Below are positions 21,459 to 31,317 of a stretch of 32,000 nt of DNA, piece by piece. Position numbers and translations under genes: made by a program. The notes below the pieces were generated by a model. The model made no database searches and was not told the origin of the DNA. It saw only the letters and a list, made by a program, of their open reading frames with translations. Source of the DNA: Saccharolobus solfataricus (lineage in GTDB: Archaea > Thermoproteota > Thermoprotei_A > Sulfolobales > Sulfolobaceae); NCBI RefSeq assembly GCF_900079115.1, contig NZ_LT549890.1, forward strand, positions 660,001-692,000, given 5' to 3'. Position 1 is the first letter of the stretch. Every line of letters begins with the position of its first letter.

Positions 21459-21992
21459 GTGAAAATAAAAAATGTAGCAATTATCACTGATTCTCCTAAA
21501 GTATATAAGAACATATTAGATGAACTAAAGAGAAGAAATATACAGATTTCTGAGAATGGAGAAGTGAAAATAGTAATAGATTCAGTAAAGGAAAGAAGTG
21601 ATATTCTTAGATATGTGGGCCGTATAATAGCTATCTCAAGGGGAAAACAAGAATTCAACGAACTACTAATAGGCATAGATACCAATTCACCCTATCTAAC
21701 TGTTGTTGCACTCATAGATGGAGAATTGATAGAATATAGAAGATCTTATGGACTTCAACCTTTAATTAACGCAATTAGTGAAATCCTAATTACATACCCA
21801 GCAAAAAGAAAAATAATAGGAGTAGGTATTGGAAATAAATATGGAAAAGAAATATATAGTGTTCTCTCAATGATCTATGAAAATGTAAAGAGTATAGACG
21901 AGAAGTACACAAATGCGAAATCACCCTTTAATCAGATAAAGGATAAAGACATAAGAGCAGCGTATAGTATAGCCTTAAGGGCATCTTCATGA
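21459..21992 (+). CDS. hypothetical protein, possible RNase H-fold (RuvC/YqgF-like) C-terminal domain
   Basis: 177 aa. LIGIDTN...VGIGN...SIDE...DKDIRAAYSIAL resembles the D/E/D carboxylate pattern of RuvC-like nucleases (inference). ATGA overlap with the next gene. Confidence 0.5.
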   Translation: MKIKNVAIITDSPKVYKNILDELKRRNIQISENGEVKIVIDSVKERSDILRYVGRIIAISRGKQEFNELLIGIDTNSPYLTVVALIDGELIEYRRSYGLQPLINAISEILITYPAKRKIIGVGIGNKYGKEIYSVLSMIYENVKSIDEKYTNAKSPFNQIKDKDIRAAYSIALRASS

Positions 21993-23071
21993 AAAAAGAA
22001 CAGATAATACAAGGGCCTTGTACAATAAAAGTTTTAGAGGGAGAGGCTAGAATACTCGGAATAGAGATACAGAAAAACGATTTGTTAACAATACCATCAG
22101 ATAAGACGTATACTCTTGTTTATGATGAAAATACAAGGTTAGAGACGGATTGTAAAAAGCTGTTAGACAATTTAAATTTAAGATGGGATGAAATAGTTGA
22201 AGAGATTATAAACACAGTAGGAGTAGTATTGCTTCTAGGAAATGTAGATTCCGGAAAGACTTACTTGACCAATCTATTCACCAATCTTGCCACTTCTTAC
22301 TTGAAGATTATAGATGCAGATGTTGGGCAATCCACTTTATTTCTACCAACCTTCATAGCAGAATTAAAACCGATGAGAAAAACCCTTAATCTAGAGGAGC
22401 TTGGATATGATACTCTAGAATTCTTTGGAGATATAACACCTTCAACGAATCCTAGACTACATGTTCAAAAAATATTGAGACTCTATGAAACAACACCAAA
22501 GGAAAGACTAACAGTAATAGATACTGATGGGTGGACTGTTGGACTAAATTCAATGTTACACAAATTCGAATTAATATACACAATTGATCCTGATTATATA
22601 ATAGTATTTGATCAGAAAATAAAAGATTCATTACCTGAAAATTATAGAAACAAAGCAATTCTTTTAAAAAGTGTAAATCTGCATAAGTCTAGATCTGAAA
22701 GAAAAGCAAATAGAATAGCAAAATATGAGAGATATTTTAAGGAAGCAAAAAACATAAAAACCCTATCTGAAAATTTATTAGGAAAACAAATATCAAACAT
22801 TCTATACTGTGCATGGGGAGAGTATATACAATTATCAGACGAAGAACCATGTACAGACTATTATATACCACTTAATTTACTAAAAGGAGCATTACTAGGC
22901 ATAATAGAAAATAAGAAAGTCATAGGAGCCGCCCTATTAGATGACCTAAAAGAAAACGAAATAACAATACTAAGTAGAGTAAACAAGTTTACAGGGTTAG
23001 TTTTAGGGTATATTAGCTTAAATGATAAATTTGAGGAAAGAAGAATTAGATTTAGAAAATGCAAAAGCTAA
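21989..23071 (+). CDS. Clp1/Grc3-like polynucleotide 5'-hydroxyl kinase
   Basis: 360 aa. P-loop GNVDSGKTY followed by IDADVGQS, as in the Clp1 family. Confidence 0.7.
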   Translation: MKKEQIIQGPCTIKVLEGEARILGIEIQKNDLLTIPSDKTYTLVYDENTRLETDCKKLLDNLNLRWDEIVEEIINTVGVVLLLGNVDSGKTYLTNLFTNLATSYLKIIDADVGQSTLFLPTFIAELKPMRKTLNLEELGYDTLEFFGDITPSTNPRLHVQKILRLYETTPKERLTVIDTDGWTVGLNSMLHKFELIYTIDPDYIIVFDQKIKDSLPENYRNKAILLKSVNLHKSRSERKANRIAKYERYFKEAKNIKTLSENLLGKQISNILYCAWGEYIQLSDEEPCTDYYIPLNLLKGALLGIIENKKVIGAALLDDLKENEITILSRVNKFTGLVLGYISLNDKFEERRIRFRKCKS

Positions 23072-23628
23072 TTGCAATTGAAGGAATAGATGGGTCAGGC
23101 AAAACAACACTTGCGAATCTATTAAAGGAGCATCTAGAATCTAAAATGAAACTGAACGTGATTGTTACGAGAGAGCCATTTTCTGAAGATATAATAAAGT
23201 TAATAGAAAAAATTGGCTGGAATGATCCAATCCTATTAGTATTGCTCTTTGCAGCAGACCGAGAAATACACGTTAATTGGCTATCTAAAATAAAGGATGC
23301 TGATCTAATAATACTTGATAGATATTATTTCTCCAGCATAGCCTATCAAGGGGCTCTAGGAGTAGATGAGCAATGGATAAAAATGGTGAATTCCTATTTC
23401 CCTAAACCAGATATGGTAATATTATTAGACTTACCAATTGAGGTTGCTATCAGTAGAATAAAAAATGATAAATTCAACTTCGAAGAAAAGATTAAAAGCC
23501 TTGCAAAAGTTAGGGAAAAATACCTAAAACTTGCAAAAGAATATAATTTCTACGTAGTAGATGCAAGCAAGGATAAGAATGAAGTATTAGAACAAGCAAT
23601 AAAAATTATTCAGAAGAATTTATTTTAA
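23059..23628 (+). CDS. tmk: thymidylate kinase
   Basis: 189 aa. [14 protein letters not shown]-loop and the DRY motif region ([12 protein letters not shown]). Confidence 0.9.
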
Positions 23629-23962
23629 TCTTCCTTAATCGTTCTAATGCATCTAAATACCTTATGATCTGAATTATCCTTTCAGAATCTAATGGATCCT
23701 CCTTCATCTTTTTTGCGCTTAAATATAGACCATCAATCAATATACTTTCTATTTCATCTAACTGCAAATTTCTCTTTACGATCTTCTCCTCATCATCACT
23801 CTTCACTATATAAACTTTCCCGTGAACTGGACATACAACATCACCATTTTTCAATTTAAATAGCGGCATTTTGCATATAGGACAAGCCTCTTCTAACATT
23901 GTAGCGCCTTGACGTAAAAGTTCAGCAGCCTTCTTAACACCTACCTCACTTTCGTTAGTCAT
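23606..23962 (-). CDS. UPF0148 / autoantigen-p27-like zinc-ribbon protein
   Basis: 118 aa. [34 protein letters not shown] pattern. Confidence 0.65.
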
Positions 23963-24012
23963 AAATAATTCTTAAACTCCCTAATATTAAAAAGTAATAG
24001 AGGTGTTTTGAC

Positions 24013-24282
24013 ATGTCAATGCCTTATGACAATGAAGCTAAGATAAAACAAGCAGTAATTTTATTACAGAAGATAGTTAATGATACGAGCGTTCCCAGAA
24101 ACATTAGAAGAGCAGCAACTGATGCAATAAGAAATCTTCAAGACCTTGGTTTAAGTCCTGCAGTAAGGGCTGCAAACGCGATTGGAATTTTGGAAGATAT
24201 AAGTCAAGATCCTAATATGCCTACTCATGCTAGAATTTCCATCTGGAACGTTGTTTCCATTTTAGAGACAGTAAAGGACTAG
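24013..24282 (+). CDS. UPF0147 family small archaeal protein
   Basis: 89-aa helical protein with the conserved-looking [16 protein letters not shown] motif. Confidence 0.6.
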
Positions 24283-24315
24283 CTTTTTTAAATCTCAATT
24301 TTTATTTTATAATGC

Positions 24316-24400
24316 GCGGGGGTGCCCGAGCTAGGTCAAAGGGGGCAGGCTTAGGCCCTGCTGGCGAAGGCCTGCACGGGTTCAAATCCCGTCCCCCGCA
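24316..24400 (+). tRNA. tRNA-Leu(TAG)
   Basis: GCGGGGG-TG-CCCG..-GCAGG-CTTAGGC-CCTGC, a long variable arm, CGGGTTCAAATCCCG-TCCCCCGC-A. Confidence 0.9.
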
Positions 24401-24687
24401 CTGTTTTTAAACTCAATTAAATTTCATCTATAAGATTAAATGTTTTAGAATATATTGAATGAATACTAATTCTCAGAAATAATATCTAAATATCACTATA
24501 TTTCAAGAATTAGTAAATAATTATCTCTAGTTGGTTAATTGCTGAAATATTTTACTTTTTTAGACTATAGCTGGAGTTTGCAAAAGCTTATAGCCCGTAA
24601 TTAACTCCCCAGTTAAACCAATGTTGTAAGTCTTATCACTATAAATAAAACTAAAATTCTTCATTAGCTTTGAAGCAACGGACGTGA

Positions 24688-25527
<840 letters not shown>

Positions 25528-25572
25528 AATGAGAAGAAAAAATTAATAACGGTTAAAGATAAGAGTAAATTA

Positions 25573-25644
25573 GGGGAAAGGGGTCAGCTCCCAAGCCGTT
25601 CATCCTGGCTCAGTTCTGGCGTGGCTCATCATTCCCCTTTCCCC
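25573..25644 (-). ncRNA. C/D box sRNA, copy B (paralogue of 7231-7302 with different guides)
   Basis: Minus strand: GGGGAAAGGGG-A-ATGATGA(C)-GCCACGCCAGAA-CTGA(D')-GCC-AGGATGA(C', one deviation)-ACGGCTTGGGAG-CTGA(D)-CCCCTTTCCCC. 44/72 G+C. Confidence 0.7.
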
Positions 25645-25667
25645 GTTTTCTAGTTTTGCAAAATAGG

Positions 25668-25675
25668 TTTAAAAA
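25668..25675 (-). promoter_or_regulatory. TATA-like box of C/D sRNA copy B
   Basis: TTTTTAAA on the minus strand, centred about 27 nt upstream of the stem, within a block conserved with copy A. Confidence 0.4.
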
Positions 25676-25733
25676 CTTTTCTGTTTTTATTTTTGTCCTT
25701 TTAATATCTCATTAGGAATAATATTTTAAAAGG

Positions 25734-26123
25734 TTATTTAACTTCCTTCTTCTCTACAACTATTATTAAGAAACTCATAGGGGGTAATTTAGAAGAGACG
25801 TAACAAGACACTTCTAAAGGTTCCTTAGCTCTAATTACGCTCTCTTTTATGAATTTTAAATGAAGATCAGACGACACTAATACTAAATACTTAGTACTAT
25901 CAGGAATAAAAAATCTAAAGAACTTTTCATAACTAGAAATTATTCTAGCGTTAATGAAATAAATAAAATTAATTTGCTCCCGATTTATAACCCTTAATAA
26001 ATCCTCATCAACATAAGTTTCTAGTTCTTTAGGGCTTAACGATTTCATATAGTATATATCATGTGTGAAGACATTTATTAAGTTTATTATAAATTCTTTA
26101 ATGGTGTAGTTCCATTGCTGCAA
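25734..26123 (-). CDS. hypothetical protein
   Basis: 129-aa ORF with no recognisable motif. A start at the internal ATG 26048 (MKSLSPKEL) would remove the overlap with the upstream gene. Confidence 0.4.
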   Translation of the reverse strand: MQQWNYTIKEFIINLINVFTHDIYYMKSLSPKELETYVDEDLLRVINREQINFIYFINARIISSYEKFFRFFIPDSTKYLVLVSSDLHLKFIKESVIRAKEPLEVSCYVSSKLPPMSFLIIVVEKKEVK

Positions 26124-26583
26124 ATATCATTATAATTCCTAGTACTATTGCCAATCCGTTAATTAATGAGCTATCATACGAGAAGTGGGCTAATGCTACC
26201 CTCTTCCACTTTCCGTTTCTCTTAACGTAAATCCCATTCTCAGTGAAGACGTCTAATAGCATATGTGATGGTCCAACTAAAATCCCATCAATTAACGCTG
26301 TCAAAATTTTTGTGTTTAACATACCGTATGCTAAACCTAACACTATTATTACTGGCATTGAGGAAATTAAACCCCAAAAAACACTTCTTGGCAGGGTATG
26401 AGTTAGAGGAGTCCTAACCGGAATTTTCCCATACCTTGTACTTATCTCTTTATGCCCCAACCTATCGATAAGGGTATTTCCTAAGACACTTATAATAGCA
26501 GATATTATCAAAGAAAAACCGAAAAAAGAACTAGCCAAAGTCAACAACCCAATAGAAAACACAAAATGAGTTTTTAACTTCAT
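26098..26583 (-). CDS. membrane-bound metal-dependent hydrolase (DUF457/YdjM-like)
   Basis: The ORF track gives 26098..26706. I prefer the ATG at 26583 (MKLKTHFVFS..., 161 aa) because a TTTATAA box lies about 33 nt upstream inside the longer ORF. The H-rich pattern THF..., DRLGHKE, THTLP fits DUF457. Confidence 0.6.
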   Translation of the reverse strand: MKLKTHFVFSIGLLTLASSFFGFSLIISAIISVLGNTLIDRLGHKEISTRYGKIPVRTPLTHTLPRSVFWGLISSMPVIIVLGLAYGMLNTKILTALIDGILVGPSHMLLDVFTENGIYVKRNGKWKRVALAHFSYDSSLINGLAIVLGIIMIFAAMELHH

Positions 26584-27396
26584 ACAAGTCTTTTTATTAA
26601 ATAATATTAGCTTATAAATAGAGAGGTATTCGGTGCTGTTCAACCCTATGCTCATTACTAGTAATCCCGTGATGATGCTGCTGGCCCTGCTAACTGACTT
26701 CCTCATGCCCTTTACAGTAGACCCAAAATCACCTCCTTAAGCGTTTCTACTAGATGGAAAAATTCTCTGGATCAATATCCTATTTGAAGATTATTTTGGT
26801 GAGGGATACTGAGTGTTATCATTTTGCTCTCTCACGCGTAATGCACCTTCTCCCTCACCTTAAACTTTTTCTCCAAATCTTTCATATTGTTACAAATTTC
26901 ATTACCCTTCATTAATGCTATATTATTATATCAGGGTTATTTTTTACAATATGATTTTGTGTCTATCGTGAATGGTGAGGCTTTCATTTTTCTGTAAGGT
27001 AAGCAAGCATTGCTCCACTTATAGTAATACTATTAGTAAAATAATATTTTTATCGTTAAGTTTCATATGTGACTGTATTACCTAAGGGATATATAAACCA
27101 ACGTATACTAATTCAATTTTACCTTTCTAATAAATAATATATGTTATATCTTTCTTAGAAAATCAAATGCCAAATTATTTATCATTCTCTTATTTCCAGC
27201 ATTTAATTGCATATTCCTTCATTTATATTGCATATTTATTATAAAATATATAACATAATACGTCATGAACGGTTATAAATATGATTTTGAGAATTAATTA
27301 TTACAAAATTTGATATAATATTACTAACATATTTTTATTAACAGTTAATTTATGATCTGTACTTTCAAATCCAATTATAAAATTTAAAGATTTATA

Positions 27397-28041
27397 ATGG
27401 GGCTACTATTAGTTGATATAGGAATGAAAAAGCTATATAGCGTAAAGGTTAGAATATTACATAAAGGATGTTGGACTGAAAAAATAAAACAGTACAAGAT
27501 AAGGACTATTAAGATCTCTCCTTACGGGAGCAAAAGAGTGAAAGTTATAATAGCGTCACCAAGTCATCAGATAATAAAGGACTTAAAGGAGTCAGAAAAC
27601 GTAAATGAAGTCATTAAATATAGAAAATTAAACGGCGGATATTTAATTGAGTTTTCGGAAGATAAGGATAATACTATAGCTGGAATGCTATTAGAATTTG
27701 AAGACAAGATATTGAATTACTCTAACGTCATCAATAAGGGGGTTGAGTTTTGGGACTTCGTTGCTACAAGTAAGGGCGTTATAAATTCTCTTAAGGAGAG
27801 GTTTGGAATAGAGGACATCGAAGTTAAGGGGGTGAGTTTAGATAAATTTTTAGGAAACGCGTTAACTGAGAAGGAGGTATTGATCTTAAAGATAGCATTA
27901 AATATGGGATACTTTAACTATCCTAGAAATATTAAGGCAAAGGATATAGCTGAAATATTAGGTATTTCTAAACAAGACTTCCTTTATCATCTAAGAAATT
28001 CCATTAATAAAATAATTACCTCAATAGATTTAGACAAATAA
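27397..28041 (+). CDS. HTH_10 (bacterio-opsin-activator-type HTH) transcriptional regulator
   Basis: C-terminal LTEKEVLILKIALNMGYFNYPRNIKAKDIAEILGISKQDFLYHLRNSINKI is typical of HTH_10. The likely real start is the ATG at 27424 (MKKLYSV). Confidence 0.7.
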   Translation: MGLLLVDIGMKKLYSVKVRILHKGCWTEKIKQYKIRTIKISPYGSKRVKVIIASPSHQIIKDLKESENVNEVIKYRKLNGGYLIEFSEDKDNTIAGMLLEFEDKILNYSNVINKGVEFWDFVATSKGVINSLKERFGIEDIEVKGVSLDKFLGNALTEKEVLILKIALNMGYFNYPRNIKAKDIAEILGISKQDFLYHLRNSINKIITSIDLDK

Positions 28042-28183
28042 GCTCTATATAATAATTTCTTTAAGGGAGTTTAAAATATTTTAAAAACTTCTCCTTTAAC
28101 AGTGTATAATGAAAGATCGTAAAATCTTATCGTTACGAAATGTAAAGAAAAATAGATAGTTTTGTTTATTAATATATTTAAAC

Positions 28184-29584
28184 ATGGACGAAAAAAGAGA
28201 GCTAAAAAGAGAAGTATTGGGAACATGGCTAGTCGCGAGTTATGGAATAGCCGCTAACGCACCTATAGCTGTAGCGACACTATATTTTGTTGGTATTGCA
28301 GGTTTAGCTGGAGGTTCAATGCCATTGGTTACAGTTCTCTCATATTTGATCTACGCCACAACGCTCCTAGTGGTTTACGAGTGGAGTAAAGATATTGCAG
28401 CATCCTACGGTTATCTCGCTATGATTAAGAAGGGATTGAATAGTAGCTTAGCAGCTTTCACTGTAGGGTACGGTTATATATATCAATATTTAGTTGCGGG
28501 AGCAGCAGGTTTCGGAGTATTAGGGGTAACTTCTTTCCTCTATCTCGTATCCCCTTCCATAGCCTCTAGTATGCCTTGGTTATGGGCTGTAATATCAGTA
28601 ATCGTAACATTAGAAACTACGTTAATTATGTGGCTTGGCGTTAAACCTGGAGGTATGTTAAATCTCATAGTGGGCTTAATATCTATAGTATACCTAATAA
28701 TTACTTCCATAGCCCTTATCATTATAGCCGGAGATAAGAACACCTTAGCACCCTTTACAGCACAGCCGGTTAACGGAAATTGGGTGTTAATATTAACTTC
28801 AATGATATTCGGAATTACTACTTTTGGAGGTGCTACTACACCAGTAGGAGTTGCTGAAGAGGCGAAGGTACCTAAGAAAACTCTACCTAAAGCCTTATTA
28901 TTGGAATTCTTACTGTTGGGAGTAGGGCTAATATTGAACGCTTACGCTCAAACCGTAGTCTACGGTGTAAATAATATGTTCAATTACGCTAATCTTCCAG
29001 ATCCCATGGTGATAATATACAGTAAATATTTCAGTACCATTACAGTGTTAATACTAATAGTTTTAGTAGCGTTCATGTTCAACTCTTCCACCATAGCTTT
29101 TGCTACGAGTGGAAGTAGAATGATTTACGGAATGGCAAGAGATGGAGTACTATATCCTAAGATTTTCACTAAGATAAATAAGTACGGGGTACCAGGTAAC
29201 GCCATTCTGTTAACCGGTATAATTACGGGAGCCCTCAGTTTGATAAGCGGATATATATTAGGACCTTTAGAGGCTAGCATATTTCTGATAACTTTCGGCT
29301 CTTTTTACGTGTCATTGGGCCATCTATTTGCCGCAATAGCGTTAATTAGGCATAAGGTTAAGGTGAGAATGATTAATATCGTTAAACACGTTTTAGTACC
29401 TATAGTTTCCTCAATTGCTTATATTCTTACAATTTACTTCGGTACTTATCCCGCTCCAGCTTTCCCACTAAATATAGCGGTTTATGCGGCGTGGGCTGTA
29501 CTCTTAATACACGTGATTCTATACTATATATTAAAATCTAGGAATCCAGAGGCCATTAAGAAGTTAGGAGATTTCAGTCTGTGA
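28184..29584 (+). CDS. APC-superfamily amino acid/polyamine permease
   Basis: 466 aa with about 12 hydrophobic segments and composition typical of APC transporters. Confidence 0.8.
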   Translation: MDEKRELKREVLGTWLVASYGIAANAPIAVATLYFVGIAGLAGGSMPLVTVLSYLIYATTLLVVYEWSKDIAASYGYLAMIKKGLNSSLAAFTVGYGYIYQYLVAGAAGFGVLGVTSFLYLVSPSIASSMPWLWAVISVIVTLETTLIMWLGVKPGGMLNLIVGLISIVYLIITSIALIIIAGDKNTLAPFTAQPVNGNWVLILTSMIFGITTFGGATTPVGVAEEAKVPKKTLPKALLLEFLLLGVGLILNAYAQTVVYGVNNMFNYANLPDPMVIIYSKYFSTITVLILIVLVAFMFNSSTIAFATSGSRMIYGMARDGVLYPKIFTKINKYGVPGNAILLTGIITGALSLISGYILGPLEASIFLITFGSFYVSLGHLFAAIALIRHKVKVRMINIVKHVLVPIVSSIAYILTIYFGTYPAPAFPLNIAVYAAWAVLLIHVILYYILKSRNPEAIKKLGDFSL

Positions 29585-29681
29585 TAAAATTTTAATTTCC
29601 TTTTTCATGCTTGATTTACACTTCCTTTTTTATTACTTAGTTAAAGGCTATACTTTAATATGGAAATGCGTTATCTAACTT

Positions 29682-29869
29682 ATGGAGCTTAACCTGATTA
29701 AAAGGTTTGAAAAAGAGTTCGGTGACAGATTTACAACTGATGAAAGAATTATAGAGGAGAAGTCGAAAGCCCCTTATTTGGTCTCTCCCATTCTCTCGAA
29801 AATGGGCAAGAAGGCATTGGGCGTTTTGTTTGCGAAAGACGAGGAGGATGTTTTAAATATATTGAAATT
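29682..29869 (+). pseudogene. 5' fragment of an FAD-linked oxidase (GlcD/D-lactate dehydrogenase family) gene, interrupted by an IS
   Basis: MELNLIKRFEKEFGDRFTTDE...ALGVLFAKDEEDVLNILK runs straight into the IS inverted repeat. It rejoins in frame with 31310 onwards when the IS and one target duplication are removed. Confidence 0.75.
29861..29869. repeat. target-site duplication, left copy (ATTGAAATT)
   Basis: Identical 9-mer directly abutting both IS ends. Confidence 0.85.
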
Positions 29870-31308
29870 CAGTGGTGTTTCACCAAATTATTTCATTTGA
29901 AAGATATAATATTAGTCCTTTCAAAAAGAGATTGATATAGAGAAAAACAATAAAATTATTATGAAACATAACATGTTAAGGTAATTTGCAAAAAATATAG
30001 CGTACAATTCTAATAATAAGAGGAGAATTCTGAATTTTTCTCACGTGGTGAAAACGACGTGCATAGTCTCCTCTGAACACCGAGAAAGTTAGAGAAGCTT
30101 GACGAATGAATCGAAGGACAAAACCTTCTTACACGTGGACTTGAAGTTAAAGAGAAGATGATTCACTAGATTCCACGCAGAATCCAGAACCGTGTAATAG
30201 AGGAACAAGAAGATCTTATTACTCAACTTCCTAACATACCTTATCCTTGCCTTCCTAACCTTGAAACCCTCCTCAACCTGCCACCTCAACCTATAGAGTT
30301 CAGCCAGTTCATAGGGATCTCCCTCGAAGTTCGTCACGAACATAAAGTGCCTCGGCTTTCCCTTAACGTAAACCACATCGTAATAATAAAGCCCTTCAAA
30401 TTCCAAGACCCTATACGCAACGTAAACCTTGTCCTTAACCTCGTATCTCTTCTCAACTAATGGAACGTTAGATAGTTCCTTGAATCCCTTCAAGTTCGAC
30501 TTCCCTCTCACAATGGTCTTCACGGGCATTTCCTTGATGACCCCTAGGTTCAAGAATCCGGCGTCAGCTACAACGTAATCTATTTCCATGTATTGGCTTA
30601 CTTCCCTCACGCTCCTGAGTAGGAACTGTGATGGACTGTCGCTTCTCAAATCTGCTACCTCCACTAGGAGGGGTAACCTTAAGGGATATACGAGGTCCAA
30701 GGATCTCATCTTTACTCCTTTTCTCTTCCAGTTGTAGAGTAGAAAGCCCTCTGCTTTTTCTTGTTCCTTTTCTCCCACGGTTAATCCGGTCTCATCTACA
30801 GCGACTACGTTGATCTCTCCCTTTACTTCTCTGTAGATTGGGTAGAACTTGAAGGTTCTCTGACCTTTACTAATTACTTTCTCGCCTCGTCTTACTACCT
30901 TCAAGTAGTATTTTCCTCTGTTTCCGGTTAGCAAGGATGGTGCTGCTTTCACTATTTCCGGGTCTAGATCTTGAGAGATAACGTTAATATTGTTTGTTGC
31001 TAAATTTATAGCGAGGGACTTCAGCTCCGTTTTGGATACTTGTATGGTTTGCATAACGGAGTTATGGAGTCCCTCGCTTTAACCTTTTCTTGTTCATCTC
31101 GTCCTTCCACCTACTTTCCTCTATTGATAATACTAGACAAATGGTATTACTCTTTATATATAAACTCGTTTTCTGTTAGTTTCTTCAACAAATATGAAAA
31201 TTTTTTGCTTCTTGTGTTGAAATAAGCCGATTTTTCTAACTCCGCTCTGATATTTTTCTCTTCCATAGAAATTGTATCATTTTGAGTAAAATTGGTGAAA
31301 CACCACTG
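29870..31308 (-). mobile_element. 1439-bp insertion sequence (DDE transposase; probably ISC1439-like)
   Basis: Perfect 17-bp terminal inverted repeats CAGTGGTGTTTCACCAA (29870-29886) and TTGGTGAAACACCACTG (31292-31308). It is flanked by the 9-bp direct repeat ATTGAAATT and has a single 321-aa transposase ORF. Confidence 0.9.
30089..31054 (-). CDS. IS transposase (DDE type)
   Basis: 321-aa ORF filling the IS. VVAVDETG, YVVADAGF and YRLRWQVEEGFK motifs are consistent with an IS4/ISH3-like DDE transposase. Confidence 0.8.
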   Translation of the reverse strand: MQTIQVSKTELKSLAINLATNNINVISQDLDPEIVKAAPSLLTGNRGKYYLKVVRRGEKVISKGQRTFKFYPIYREVKGEINVVAVDETGLTVGEKEQEKAEGFLLYNWKRKGVKMRSLDLVYPLRLPLLVEVADLRSDSPSQFLLRSVREVSQYMEIDYVVADAGFLNLGVIKEMPVKTIVRGKSNLKGFKELSNVPLVEKRYEVKDKVYVAYRVLEFEGLYYYDVVYVKGKPRHFMFVTNFEGDPYELAELYRLRWQVEEGFKVRKARIRYVRKLSNKIFLFLYYTVLDSAWNLVNHLLFNFKSTCKKVLSFDSFVKLL

Positions 31309-31317
31309 ATTGAAATT
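31309..31317. repeat. target-site duplication, right copy (ATTGAAATT)
   Basis: Identical 9-mer directly abutting both IS ends. Confidence 0.85.

Noticed and set aside
21305-21685. 61-aa + strand and 81-aa minus-strand ORFs around the divergent promoter region
   Set aside because: They overlap the RadA-paralogue start or the 177-aa gene in antisense, and have low-complexity hydrophobic composition. They are likely spurious.
26798-26859. 9-bp inverted repeat GGTGAGGGA/TCCCTCACC as a structured RNA
   Set aside because: Several 9-bp inverted repeats within 60 nt are expected by chance in 32 kb, and there is no supporting box motif or second copy. It is mentioned only as a landmark in the long gap.
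30628-31225. Two 61-aa + strand ORFs inside the IS
   Set aside because: One is antisense to the transposase. The other spans the transposase start region with no recognisable motif. They are probably not genes.
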